Positions 49,694-62,889 are shown, counted from the first letter of the stretch. The stretch is 64,000 nucleotides of DNA from Haliotis cracherodii (GCF_022045235.1 NW_027266269.1:7626001-7690000); one strand, 5' to 3'. Numbers and translations are program-made. Notes: generated by a model from the sequence alone, not told the origin.

Positions 49694-52600
49694 TTAAGGT
49701 ATCAGAACTATCACCTGTCTAGTTGGACTAGCAAGATTAGCTTCTCCTATACGGTACAATTTTGACTCATGCCATAGGTAAATGCATTTGTGTCCCAGAG
49801 AACTTATAAACAAGTCACCTTTGTTCCTTACAATGTTCTTGACCTGAAAATGTAATCTTGTTAGTTTTCTTCTCCTTCTGTTTTTGAACAACCATGATTC
49901 CATGAGATTGGCTTTGTCTTTGTAATAAATGGCTTCTCCATTATCACTCAGAGCTAGACCATGTACTTCATTTGATGATGTTATCTTCAGCAAACCCTGC
50001 CCATCATATCCACACGAGTAGATGTTTCTGCTGGCAGCGACATACACTAGTTCTCGCCTTGTATCAAGGCAAACAGCCCAAAGTTTCGTGCAACATCTGA
50101 TCGTCTTGAAAAATCTCCCATCAGGTGCCATCCTATATAAGCAGGAATGTGGCCACCTCGAACTCAGGAATACCAGCTGCTGAGCATTGTCCACTGCTAT
50201 TGACAGGGCACGGATGTGCGACCTTACAGTAACACTGCCATTAGAATGCAATGAGAATGACCTGATCTTCATTGGCCTTGAAGTAGCCATCAAAAGCTTT
50301 TGGAGTGTTGGCACATATGCCAAGGCAGTGACATATCGTTGATTTATATTATAATATGTTGTGATGGAGCCGTTCGGAAGTTGGAGCGCACGTAATGGCG
50401 TCTTCGATCCCTTCATATAGGGTGCAACCAAGAGATGTGTCTTCTCCTCTGTTCTCCCTGTAAGAATATAATTGTGTTTTATAAATGAATTGACCGTTAA
50501 TATAAATTTCGGTTGGTCCGGTTTTGAATCTTAGAAACAAGTGTGCAATCTTTAAGCACCTGCACATCAGATTCTAATTGGTATTGGTCAACATGACTAT
50601 AAGGAATCAAACCATTCATCATAAGCAAGTAGTTTTTAGTTCCAGCAAAATCAGTACACCACCACCAAGTCATCGGATTTTCTGGTCCATCACTTCATTG
50701 TCGGAAGGCAACAAACGAACATTTTCATGCTAATTGTGTGACTGGCTCACCAGGTGTTTTTTTGTTCAGTTTTCTAACGCCGCATTCAGCAATATTCCAG
50801 CTACATGACAGCAGTCTCTAAATATTCAAGTCTGTACAAGTGAATCCACTGGCTGATTTCATGTGAAGCGACGCGCGTAATAGGGATACGGTGTCAAGCA
50901 TCAACCAAGGTCTGACAACCTGCTCCCGGTAAAAAAATGAAAATGACACATGCTGGGGAAAAAAGAGTTGATAACAGGGAAAGTCTGGCAATGCTTCGTT
51001 TGTTTAATCCCCTAGGACACATTAGTCAGTGTCGATGATATTTTAGAAGAGGATGACCCTTTCTTATTAAATGTGGTTCAGGGTTTCTTTTAAGTTCTTT
51101 TCGGAATAGCAAGAGTTATGTGCGTTTAGTTTGAACTTAAGATCTAAAAAACAATGTATTTCTTATGAAGAAAACGTGACTACAACTCTACATACACACA
51201 ATACACTGGTAACATGTTGCTAACATTCCTGGTAATAAATAATGTGGCACTTTATATGCATTTTGAGTTCTATCATTTCCACATAAACATATATATTACA
51301 TCATTTCCGAGTTCATCGAGAGGGTATGATTTAATGAGTGAGAGAAGAGCTTCGTAATATAGCCAACATAAAGGCAATGTAATTGAGCAAGGTTTTTCAG
51401 AATGCCTCGAGTGTTCCCATTAATACCCGTGTTAATATGTCTATCCAAATGTCCGTCTATTATTAACCATATCATGTCATTATGTTTGAAAACTATCCAA
51501 GTTTATATTGCAAAGGGAAGTCAACAGCTGATTATTATTTCAAATTATTCATCATGTTGCAGTTAGATTTGCTTCAAATAAGTAAAAGAACAAATATTGA
51601 ACACTTACGTTTTATGCATCGAAAGCCTTTTGATCTGGTAAGGACAATCCTAGAATGTCTCTCTGTGCAAAGCTCCTTTCTTTGTGAATAGGATCCGAGT
51701 GTTTTCTAAGACAGACACATCGATTTTACAAATGTATTTATACAAATTACTTAGAATTTTGTAACGGAATCACAAACAAATCATAACCATAATTGTTCGC
51801 CAAATGGTATTTTAATTGTCTTACTGACAAGAGAAAGTGTGTCCTCCAAAGTAGGGGGCATGGGTGGCCCAGACGTGTAAGGCGCCGCGATTCGCTGTGC
51901 AGAGTTGCGTCCCTTGGACGCCAGAAACCTCTGGTTGTGGGTTCGAATCCAAGTTCGCCCCAATTATGTTTCTAGGTTTGTCAGCACCATACCCGTACTC
52001 GTGGGTTTCACCGAAGCGGTAAACGTCTGAGACCTGCATCACTTCGGGCTTTCCTCCCACATTAAGGTGACACGCCATTATATAACTGGAATACTGTTAA
52101 AAGCGGCGTTAAACACAACTCTTTCACTCCTCCAAAGTAACCTCAATTCAGCTTTCATAATCATTATTACACTTCAAGGCGGTGGTGATCAATCGCTGGT
52201 GCTGATATCAGTACTGTCCGAAGGATGCTGAGAATCTTCACGCTGAACCCCTTTTCTGTTTAGATTGAATAGATAAAAGTGGGATGCAAATCTTCCAATG
52301 TGTAATGCCAAAACTCAAGTGATAACTCCAAGTAACAGAGGAGAAACTAATTTGATTCATGTTGAGGATTAGTCAAAGTCATATGTTTTTTCCGACGATT
52401 TAAACATTATTATTTTCAAGCAGACGAAAAAGAAAATAAACTGAAAAAAAAGCAACTGTGAGTAATAGCTGCCATTGCAAGGATATAAATACAAACTCTC
52501 AACTTGTTAAACCTAAGTTTATTTTCGCATGATTAACATACGACAAAGAGGGCTAAATCTGTCCTTAGAACCTCAGTAAAACCTGGTACCTTGCTGATAT

Positions 52601-52838
52601 TCAGATAAACTGCCTCCTCTCCGTTTGTCTGTAGTGGATATTTGGACCATGTAGCTATGCAGGCCAACCGTTTTATCAGAAATACGCAAAAAGTGCAATC
52701 ATCGCAGTGGCCACAATGATCTTTGCACATTTCCAGTCCGACTGGCTGCCTCTCTTGGTCAAATGTTGCCGTGACCACCATTATAAAAGCAGCGCAAACT
52801 ATTCGAAGTCTACAGTCACATCGTCTGTAAGGAAGCAT
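49694..52838 (-). CDS. Secreted PAN-like + YWTD/LDLR-class-B-like beta-propeller protein (~369 aa, 3 coding exons)
   Basis: Exons 52838-52590 (hydrophobic leader, then LEMCKDHCGHCDDCTFCVFLIKRLAC), 51705-51609 and 50457-49694; phases 0,1; 1110 nt open. ~40-aa propeller-like repeats: ALAYVPTLQKLLM, SIAVDNAQQLVFLS...LYRMAPDG, AVCLDTRRELVYVA...IYSCGYDG, GLALSDNGEAIYYKD. Confidence 0.75.
51854..52127 (+). mobile_element. SINE family B with 12-bp TSD
   Basis: TCCTCCAAAGTA at 51842-51853 and 52128-52139. Confidence 0.88.
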
Positions 52839-53952
52839 CTTTCTGAACCTGAATGTTCCTGCAAGCACAACATATAACTTTTCTATATAGTGTATACTGT
52901 CAAAAATCAATAGACATGAAATATTGCCTAAAATCAACAGCTGTGACTGTATTAATACTCCACTGTAAATGTTTACAGTCCTTTGACGTGACGCTACGAA
53001 CTTAGAATGCATTAGTGTTATAGTTTCAAGAATGTTCCAGTTTGAGGCGGCAATGAGTGAGCGTGTTATTATATATAGTCACATCGGCAGTATATCGTGA
53101 CTAATCCTGCGAATAAGGACAGTAAAAGAACAAGATTTATCACAGATACATATTTAAAACTAGCTTTAAGAAAAAATTAATTGTTCACTATTATGTGGGT
53201 GGCTCTTGTCATCCCGTCTCAGATTTATACACTAAAAGATGCGGAAAACCCTCCTTGTGTATGGAATTATCACGATAATAAAATGTTCGACCAGTGGGGT
53301 ACATGCCACGTTTTTATTGATTTCCCAAAAAACCTATAGAAATAAAGTAAACAGTTTAAAATCCTGTTATTATAATATCTAAACGGTTGACACACTTGAT
53401 AATATTTCACAAATCGAGAGAAGTGATTTGGTTGTTGGAAAGACATCAATGTTCTGTCAATCAAGCGACCAGGAAAAGTAGCGAATCAAATTCTTCTGCA
53501 TATGTGTGCATATATTTAATATACATATGATCCATTATGTTCAAGTAATATATTCAGTTTTAGTTATAAGATAAAAGGAAACCGGTACTCATTAACCTGT
53601 ATATATGAAAAAATAATATCTATATTGCATTTTCAATCAAACTATCAGGCATTATCAGGGTGAGTGAGTTAATTTCAGCATTATTTCAGCCATATAGAGA
53701 CGAGACTAAGTTGATACATGCACAGTTTGTTCATTTATACAGAGTTATATTTTAAAACACAATTCATGGAACATTTTGGAGCATACTAAATTTAAAAACT
53801 ATTTATGAACCATATTTGAGCATAACAATATGATGTATACAGTTTTAAAACACGGGCGAAAGGTCACCAGTAACCAAATCTATGCAACCTCGCTCGGAAT
53901 CATGGGGACTTACAGTACCTCTGCTTCTTGCATGATACCTAGCAGGATTGTA

Positions 53953-54115
53953 CTTCGGTGAAACCCACAAACACGAGAATGGTGCTGACAAACCTAGAAA
54001 CATAAGTGGGGTGAACCGGGATTGGAACCAACAATCATAGGTTTCGTGGACAACGGACGCAACTCTGCACAGCGAATCGCGGCGCCTTAGACGACTGGGC
54101 CACCGGTGCCCCGCC
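53953..54115 (-). mobile_element. SINE family B 5' half adjoining a LINE 3' UTR (53660-53952)
   Basis: Direct junction of the SINE body to LINE tail sequence. Confidence 0.7.
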
Positions 54116-54889
54116 AAGCCAATGTTAAAAAATACTCGAAATTGATGCTAAAAAAGACTGGTTGATGATATTTACATCGATTATATTGAGAATACTACAC
54201 TCATTCTCGTTGGATACCATTTGTACGAAACAAGTGGACTTTCTATGATATCTGACTGAGCGAATTTATTACCCACGTTAAATATATATGTAAGTGTAAA
54301 TACAACTTTTGTTCGTTGACAGACCAAATTGAAACCGGTTGCAAAATCTGGCTGCGCATGAATATTGATATATGCCCAAATATGGACATTGTTGACATTT
54401 CTATGCATACGCATTGACAACATGCGCCTGCAGTTGTGTTTGCAAACATAACAGCACCGACGTTCAAGATCCTTTTGGAAGAATTTCTTCAACTTATGAG
54501 AATTCATATTGTTAGTACGCAGGACACTTATAAGACAATTTGAAAAATCTCATTAGCGCCGCGCTTTGAATATGGGACCAACAATCGGTCACTCGCATTG
54601 CCGGGGTCCCGCCTGTGCATTCAAAATGGTTCGGATTCCTTGATCTAGCGGTTGAATAATTTTACGATTCTTAACCCCCTTGGACAGAGCCTTCAGTATT
54701 GTCAGTTGATAATAGAATCACACAAAATTTAAAAAAAACAAGCATTTAATTATTCACGTACAAATTTAAAATCTATTACACAGACCAATTTCTTTTAAAG
54801 AGCTGATAATAAGATGCCCGCTGACACGGGAAAAGAGATCTTTCACATTTACGCTTTCATAATGTGAATCCCTTGCGAAAAACTGTAAG

Positions 54890-55187
54890 GGGGGGGGGGG
54901 GGGGGGGGGGCACCGGTGGTCCAGTCGTCTAAGGTGCCGCGATTTGCTGTGCAGAGTTGCGTCAATTGGGCACACCAGAACCTATGATTGTTGGTTCGAA
55001 TCCCGGTTCAACCCGCTTATGTTTCTAGGTTTGTCAGCACCGTACCCGTGCTCGTGGGTTTCACCGAAGTGGTAAACGTTGGAGACCTGCTTCATTTCGG
55101 GCTTTCCTCCCACATTAAGCTGACACGCCGTGATATAACTGGAATACTGTTAAAAGCGCCGTTAAAACACAACTCATTCACTCACTT
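54890..55187 (+). mobile_element. SINE family B with 11-bp TSD, next to a LINE ORF2 end fragment (54720-54880)
   Basis: AAAACTGTAAG at 54879-54889 and 55188-55198. The neighbouring minus-strand KDLFSRVSGHLIISSLKEIGL resembles the LINE C-terminus. Confidence 0.85.
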
Positions 55188-56772
55188 AAAACTGTAAGCA
55201 GCAGGATGGAGTCATACATTTATTCAACCAATGTCAAAGAAAATACAAGAAAACTCTCAATAGCTAAAGAAATCCTCTGTGGAAAACATTTGATCGACAC
55301 AGATAACAGGTATTACATCCCGCCTGCCCATGGAGATGTAATAAAGCATTATGTTCCTTTAAAAAGATTCCAAAGAAGCATGTAAGAACAACTTAACATC
55401 GTACTCCTATCCTTAATTATATCTGGCTTAATGCAACTATCTTTGTGATATTTGTTATCATTCGCTTCTTTTTGTTATTGTTAATCTGCTGCGTATCACA
55501 ACTTACTATGTTTATACACTTATCATCCCTTGTTTGTATTCATTGCAGCTTGAAAACAGTGTAAGATTCTACATCAACACGTCTGGCCAACAAATAATTT
55601 TAATTTCGAAATACCTGAATAAGAATGTGCCTTAAATCAAAAACACTTGTATCCCCAGTATCTCATTAATAGGGCGATGATGGAATTACCCAGGCATCCG
55701 ACCAAGGAAGAAAGAATATTCCTGCAGTCCAATATATTGTATAGATGAATAGCAGATTATTAATGCCCGAGAGAAGGAAATACGTCATTGGACTCAATTT
55801 TCTGAACTTTCCTACTTTCCATTTTACACCAATTCAAAAGAAAATACCTACTGTTTTCGACGTAGTGTTTTTTCTTAGTTTGTTCCCACGAATGAATATT
55901 AATAATTTTACTGAAAAAAAAGTGTTCCACATCCAAGTAGGTGCCACGTTAAACTAAAAGGTTTCTATCAAAAAAGCTTCTAAATGTTCATTTTTAGGAC
56001 ATGAATGCTGAACTACTTAAATTTTTTCTTCAAATAATTGACAAGGTTGATATATATCTACAGATAGACTGATACAATAGACAGGAATACTCTCGTAGCA
56101 AAAGGATCAAGTGAATATCTGCGGAAGTCTAATGTTTTGCTTCAAAAATGTATGTCTTTAAGTATTCTTGGCTTTAGTTATTTATTTCCATGACCTTCTG
56201 GGGCATCGTTCTCTTACTTCTGTGTAACTTAAAACTGCATGCGCCCTGATGCGAGGGAACAAACGATGTATACATACCTTTAACATTTCAGTTGTTGCTC
56301 ACTGTTTGAAAATCAAAATTTAACTAAGATTTTGAGCAGGCCTATTTCAGCGTGTTATCAGCGGTATCTTCTGTCTGTGATGTCCATATGTTTGACTGTT
56401 CTCCCTTCACAGGTTTTATTATCAGTTTAGCTGTCATTGTTGTTGTATGCCTGGAATGCTGCTGACGTGAGGTAAAGTTAACTAATTTACTATTTCGTAG
56501 AATATCCTATGTTGCTTCATTTCAGTATTTCTTTTTACTGTTAGTTGATTTCAGCGTATGCTTAATATAATGTAAATGAGAGCGACATAACCATTTTCAT
56601 CATCATGAGAAATCTATGCTAAAAGTATAGTCCATTCTACGATCACGACTCTGTCATAAGCTCAGCGTGGGGTTAAACAACAATTCGCGAAAAGATGAAC
56701 GTTCATAATTAAAATAGTTATTTAGCACCTTTTTCTATGGGTCTTTCTGTACAGGTCAAACAATTGTGACTG

Positions 56773-56773
<1 letters not shown>

Positions 56774-56811
<38 letters not shown>
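56774..56811. repeat. (TAGA)n microsatellite
   Basis: Visible. Confidence 0.95.
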
Positions 56812-56812
<1 letters not shown>

Positions 56813-57337
56813 CGTCATAGTGCAATCTAACTTTGTGAGTCACAATAAGGCGCATGACATTGTGTGGGTCAGGCGTACGACACATACAGAAATAAGTATT
56901 CTACCATGACTTGATGAATGCTTGATTCTGAATGGTTAAAAAGAGGATTCCTTTTTACTACGGAAACCCCTTTCAAATACATTAAGCCTTTTCACACAAA
57001 AAACGTGCGTATAAATTGCTGCCGATCGATCACCCGCATAATTGATCACCCGCATACGTGTTTTTTTTATTTTGAAGTTTACACGATATACGGCTTTTCA
57101 ATTGGATGGGAGGTCGGTCACCTGATCGTGAAAATGACGTTTTTTCAGTTTATGAACGACACAATTCATACTTTGCCTTAGTGTCTATTTGACACATCCT
57201 TAAACACATTTCAATGATCGGCCAATTGATCAATGATGACGGAAACATGTAACCGCCATGGGTTCATTAGCAACTTCCGAAATCTGTCCCGTCACGTTTG
57301 TCGTGTCGGCCATTTGGACGTCTTGTACTTAATGTAG

Positions 57338-60300
57338 TGAGTGAGTGAGTTTAAATTTAAGTGACATTGGCAATATTGCAGCCATATCGTGACTATCAAG
57401 TGTTAAACATGCTACATATTTTGAAACTTATATAAAAACCTGCCAACAGAGGACAGTAAAATAACTAGACTTATCACAGAAAAAGATATAAAACTAGTAT
57501 GTGATTTAAAAAAAGAAGTATAACACTATACATAACATGATAAAAACGGGCAAGAGATCGCCATCCTCTGAAGGTAGATCACCATACTGGGGGCCATAGG
57601 GGCTTACAGTACCTTTGCTACCTGCACGGACCCTAACAGGATTTACACCATCCCTTCAGTGGCTGGCGATTGTACGCAATTTAGCCATCAGTTAAAAGAA
57701 ACGAATATACTAAGTTTAAAAAAGTGGTTCGAATATACGTACTTTCAGGTTGTGGTCTTACGTATCCTCTCAGGGGGAGAATAATTTTACACTACTTCAA
57801 CTCCCTTGAGGATCTCTAACCATCAAAGTTACAGAATAAACACTACCAATATGATAAACAATAACTATCTACACAATTCAAAATTTATCAATACGTTTAA
57901 TTAAATGACAACTAATACTATTAAAAAGATCCTTAAGAGATGATGATTTGAAATATTTATCCCTTGTGATGGCAAAATCAATACAGTCAAGCAGGACATG
58001 CTTGACCGTTATTGTCTCATCACAAGGGATACAAAATGGAGGATCCTCACCTTTCAGTAAATATTCGTGTATATATCTGCTATGGCCAATGCGAGCGATG
58101 TCGCATAATGACCTCTTCAAATCTGGACTGACAGCAAAGTAGGTGTAACCTACCTGGGTGTCCCTTTTCTTTTGCATCAGACCTCGAATGTAACATCTGA
58201 TGAGAGGTTTGATATCGGTGTATGGGATACGAAGTGGTGTCACAGATTTGCTGAGTGCTGCTTTAGCAGCAGCATCGGCCATTGTATTCCCAGTGATTCC
58301 AACATGGCTGGGTAACCAACAGAAGACGATGTCGCTTGGCCAGTAGCAAGATCATTCAACAATTCAACAATTTCTATTATAAGTGAATGCGTGGATAACA
58401 TGTTTTTAATAGCCTGGAGGCAAGAAAGAGCATCTGAAAAAATTATGAACTGTTTATGTTTAGATTGTCTATTGATGTATTTAAGTGCTGTTAAAATAAC
58501 ATTTGCTTCTGCTGTAAAAATTGAACCGTTATCTGTTATCAGGATGAGATAATCCTGGATCCAATGACGGTGGCGCTGGCAAAAGCCTCAGGCCTTGATG
58601 GTAAATAGGATCTATAATGTTTAAATTGCTTTTACAAGCTCCACCATAAATGATGGAGCCATAATCGAGTTTCGAGAGGAGAGGTGATCTGTATAGTTGA
58701 AGAGGGTTTTCTGATCTTTTCCCCAATTAGAGTTTGAGACAACCAAATGGTGATAAAAAATTATACCCAGGAACTTACCTTCTTTTACAACCTTAATAGG
58801 CGTGTTATCTAAAATTAGTATCGGATCTTTGTGCGGTTTATATTTTCTACAAAAATGAATACAATTTATTTTAGATTTTGAGATTTTAAATCCTTTTTCC
58901 GAAGGCCATTTTTGGATTTTAATTAAACATAGTTGCGGTTGCTTTTCAATTGTATTCATGTTTTTGCCACGACAGGAAATATTGAAATCATCCACAAAAA
59001 GTGATCCATCAATTGAATCATTTAAAACTTTCGATAAGCTATTGATTTTAATGCTAAATAAAGTGACAGACAAAATACTGCCTTGTGGGACACCCTGATC
59101 CTGATTATAATGATCAGACAGGGTTGAACCCACACGGACTTGAAATTGCCTGTCGGTTAAAAACTCGGCTATGAATTGAAGCAAACGGCCTCGCAATCCA
59201 AAGTCATGTAAATCTTTTAAAATACCATGTTTCCATGTAGTGTCATATGCTTTTTCGAGATCGAAAAATATAGACACTGCATGTTGTTTATTTTTCATTG
59301 CATTTTTAACAAATGATTCTAAGCGAACCAAATGATCGATCGTACTTCTGTTTTTCCTGAAACCACATTGTATATTAGTAATGAGATTATTGGTTTCTAA
59401 GTACCAAACTAGTCGATTATTTATCATGCGTTCCATGGTTTTGCAAACGCATCTTGTCAATGATATTGGTCGGTAATTTGATGGATTAGTATGATCTCGA
59501 TCGGGTTTGGGTATCGGGACAAATATAGCCTCACGCCAGGAAGGAGGAAACTTCCTTGAGGTCCAAATTACATAAAAAATATTCAATAGTGTTTCTAAAA
59601 AGGATTCCGGTAAGTGCTTCAAGCGTTGATAATGTATGTTATCAGCTCCTGTAGCAGTATCGTGAGCTTGTCCAAGGGCAGTGTGGAGTTCATATATAGA
59701 GAATAGTTCATTGTAATCCTCTCCGTTTTCTCAATGAAAATCAAAAGGTTTCTTTTCTTGCTGTTTTTGATACTGAGGCGAAATGGTCCCCCTTGCAATT
59801 GGCACATTTTATGGCAGCTGTGCACTCAGTGCTCTCATGTGATCCACTGCAGCGGGCACAGATTATACTGAGAGTGCAGGTCTTTGCACCATGACCAAAT
59901 TGTTGACATTTGTAACATCGGAGTGGGTTAGGTACATAAACCTCAACTCCGATGTTAAAATATCCAGCTTTGATAGATGTTGCTATTTTAGATAGGGAAA
60001 AAGTAAACAGATAAGTGTGAGTCTTGATAATTTGGTCATCTTGTTTTCGTGTGAATCGCTTGACAGCTGTAACACCTCGTTTTGTCAGTTCAGTCACAAT
60101 CTCATCCTCGTTCATGTCAGACAGACATCGGGCTCTGTCTCTTACAGTGCCCCGACACGAGTTCAGCGTTCTGAGTGCCGAGACAGGAACCTCTACATTT
60201 GCAAATTGGCTGATTGATAGCAGGTTCAGAGATTGTTGTCTTCTTGCACACTCTACAAGTATGGAGCCATTACGCAGTCGGGAGACATTTTCTACTTTGC

Positions 60301-60475
60301 CACAACAACCATTGATGGCTTTGGAAATAGCAAACGGATTAAATTTTAAGGGTTGGTGATCTGAAGCTTCGATTACAATAAATCGAATCCAGGAATATAA
60401 TTGTAGATCCGTTTCTTCCTCAGAAGAGCTGGCATCTAAGTGTTTTCTTTTTGAACCAGGGTATTTTGTTGACAT
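57338..60475 (-). mobile_element. I-group (Nimb/Ingi-like) LINE: zinc-knuckle ORF1, RT, RNase H; endonuclease region deleted; decayed
   Basis: ORF1 with CYKCQQFGHGAKTC, CARCSGSHESTEC, CANCKGDH. RT with NYRPISLT, FFDLEKAYD, GVPQGSILS, LFVDD. RNase H with IFSDALSCLQAI, FCWLPSHVGITGNTMADAAAK. C-terminal CIPCDETITVKHVLLDC. 3' UTR ends in (ACTC)n. Confidence 0.92.
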
Positions 60476-60554
60476 AAAGAGTAGACTTGGGCAACATTCT
60501 TGGGCAACCCGTCAACAGTCAAGGATTATAAAGCAGATTTTTGTTGAAAAGTCG

Positions 60555-60845
60555 TAGTGTCACTGTCCTATAGATTATAAAGCATGTTATGAGATGAGAC
60601 TCGGAAGGTTCACTGTTCCATGGGTAATACAGCATGCTATGTGATGAGACATCAAAATACATCCTTGTATTATATACACCATGTTATGTGACGAAAAATC
60701 GAAGGTTCACAGTTCAATAAATAACATTTTTTGTTATGTGATGAGATATCGAAAGTTTCACTGTCCCGTTGATTATAAACCAGGTTATGTGATGAGACAT
60801 CGAAAGGTCAATATTCCATGGATTATAAACCCTGTTATGTGAGGC
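60555..60845. repeat. ~46-bp degenerate tandem repeat, 6-7 copies
   Basis: TCACTGTCC...GATTATAAA...TGTTATGTGATGAGACATCGAAAGG units. Confidence 0.8.
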
Positions 60846-62304
60846 AATGTTTATTCAGTAGAGTAGATACTGTTATACTGGAGTAGAAACTGAATAATTC
60901 TCAGAAGGAAAACTCTTTCCCTTTTACTTTACTTGTTAACACTATCTCCTCAATAAATCTGAACAATTACTCTATATGATGCATGCACACACATTCCAGC
61001 ATGAAACTTTAATGAATATTTGTTTGATATAATACACATAGAAGCTCATATATTCAAGTTTCTTTAGTGAATGATTTGTTCAACTCAGGGCGTCGGTTTT
61101 CCATAAAAATCACTAAAAGCCTATTCAACTAATGGAATATTCCTCTTACAGTTATGATATTCTGAATAAATATACGAAGCAATATGCATATGGATATTCA
61201 GCAGTATGTGCATATTTAACATGCAAAATTAAATGTTTCAGGTTCAAACTTCTGAGAAGGAAAACTCTTTCCCTTTAGTTTACTCTATTCAGTAGAGTAG
61301 ATACTGTTATACTGGAGCAGAGACGCCTGTTATGTACACACAAAGGTAGCGATGACACTCGGTGAAGTCAGCTACATAAGCAAAGGATGCAGCCAGTGAT
61401 ATAACAATGGAATTATGGCTGATTGGGGTCTTTAAATCAATAAAAATAACGAACTATATCGAGCTTTGTAAATTAGAATATCGTGCTTTTGTTTCTTCAT
61501 CACAGTGCCCAGTGACGCTTGTCCCGCCTGCAGGCGGATTTCAAGGTGATATCGCCTATGTGCATAGAATCCAACAACTCCACAGCTTGTTCCCAACAAG
61601 AGGGCACAAATGGAAATACACTATTTCATGCGGTGTATCACAACAATAGTTTTGTTCAGAATCAGTATAAACTGTTGATGTGACCTTCACGAATTGTTAC
61701 CGTCGTACATTGTTGTGACGAGATGACAACGTATATCATTCACATATTGAGAGAAGTTGTATTTCTTTTTACGTTCCGTGACGAGATGTCGAAGGATTAG
61801 TTCCATGGGTGATAATGCAAGTTCTGTAACGAGATGTCGAGGGTTTTGTTCATTACTAAATAGACAACAAAGATACAAAGGATTACCAGGTGCATGGAAG
61901 ATAATGTAATGTGTAAAAGTAACACTGAAAAGATACACCTCAATATATGTTTTTTTTAAGAGTTCTCGGAACATTTTGCGATGCATATTGTTGATGAAGC
62001 ATGTTATAACTTATTAACAAAGTCACACAGAAATGTTAATGTCCTTGATATTTATGTTTCTCAAAAATGTTCATGTAAACAATACTTACTGAAATTAAGT
62101 GAAACCCGTAAATGCGAACATTTGATCTATTTGCTAAAAATAATAAACACTAGCACATCAATGTAACGACGATGTATCCATACGTGGCTTAATTATGGTT
62201 GAAAGTTAAATGCTATCAAATATACTTCTATTAAAATTGTCAACAGAGTTTGCCATGACACTTTACAAGTGCGCCCAACACAACATAATGCATACAAACT
62301 CTTC

Positions 62305-62543
62305 AGGTCCTCAGCAACCTATGCTTGCCATAAAAGGCGACTATGCTTGTCGTAAGAGGCGACAAACGGGATCGGGTGGTCAGGCTTGCTGACTTGTTTG
62401 AAGCATGTTATCATCACAATTGCGCGGATCGATGCTCATGATATCAATAACTGGATTGTCTGGTCCAGAATAGATTATTTACAGACCGCCGTCATATAGC
62501 TTCAATCTTGCTCTGTGTGCCCTTCAACAACAAACCAACTAAC
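62305..62543 (+). mobile_element. SINE family A
   Basis: Similarity to the family. Confidence 0.8.
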
Positions 62544-62889
62544 CAGCAGTATAAGAATACCTACACTAGACAGAATTAACTGACCAGCAGACTTCCTTAA
62601 TCCAATTTCCATATCACGATGCAATTTTACGACAAGACAGCAACAGTTGTGTGTTTTTTATTGTAGTTAATCATGTCTAACAATACATAGGTAAAATTAA
62701 TCACGAAACGTTTTTGAAATTGCGCATGCCTTGAGTACAATATTTTCATTTAGACAAATATTGGTACCAATACACAAAATAACAAGCAATTGGTCATATT
62801 ACGTTACATTTTATGCTCGATCAATTGAATAATAGTTGATAGACATGAATATGACATTTGGTCTGATGTGTTTAAGTAGTTATTACGAC

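Noticed and set aside
51854-51965. Functional tRNA gene
   Set aside because: The A/B boxes belong to a multi-copy SINE with body, tail and TSDs; no complete cloverleaf is evident.
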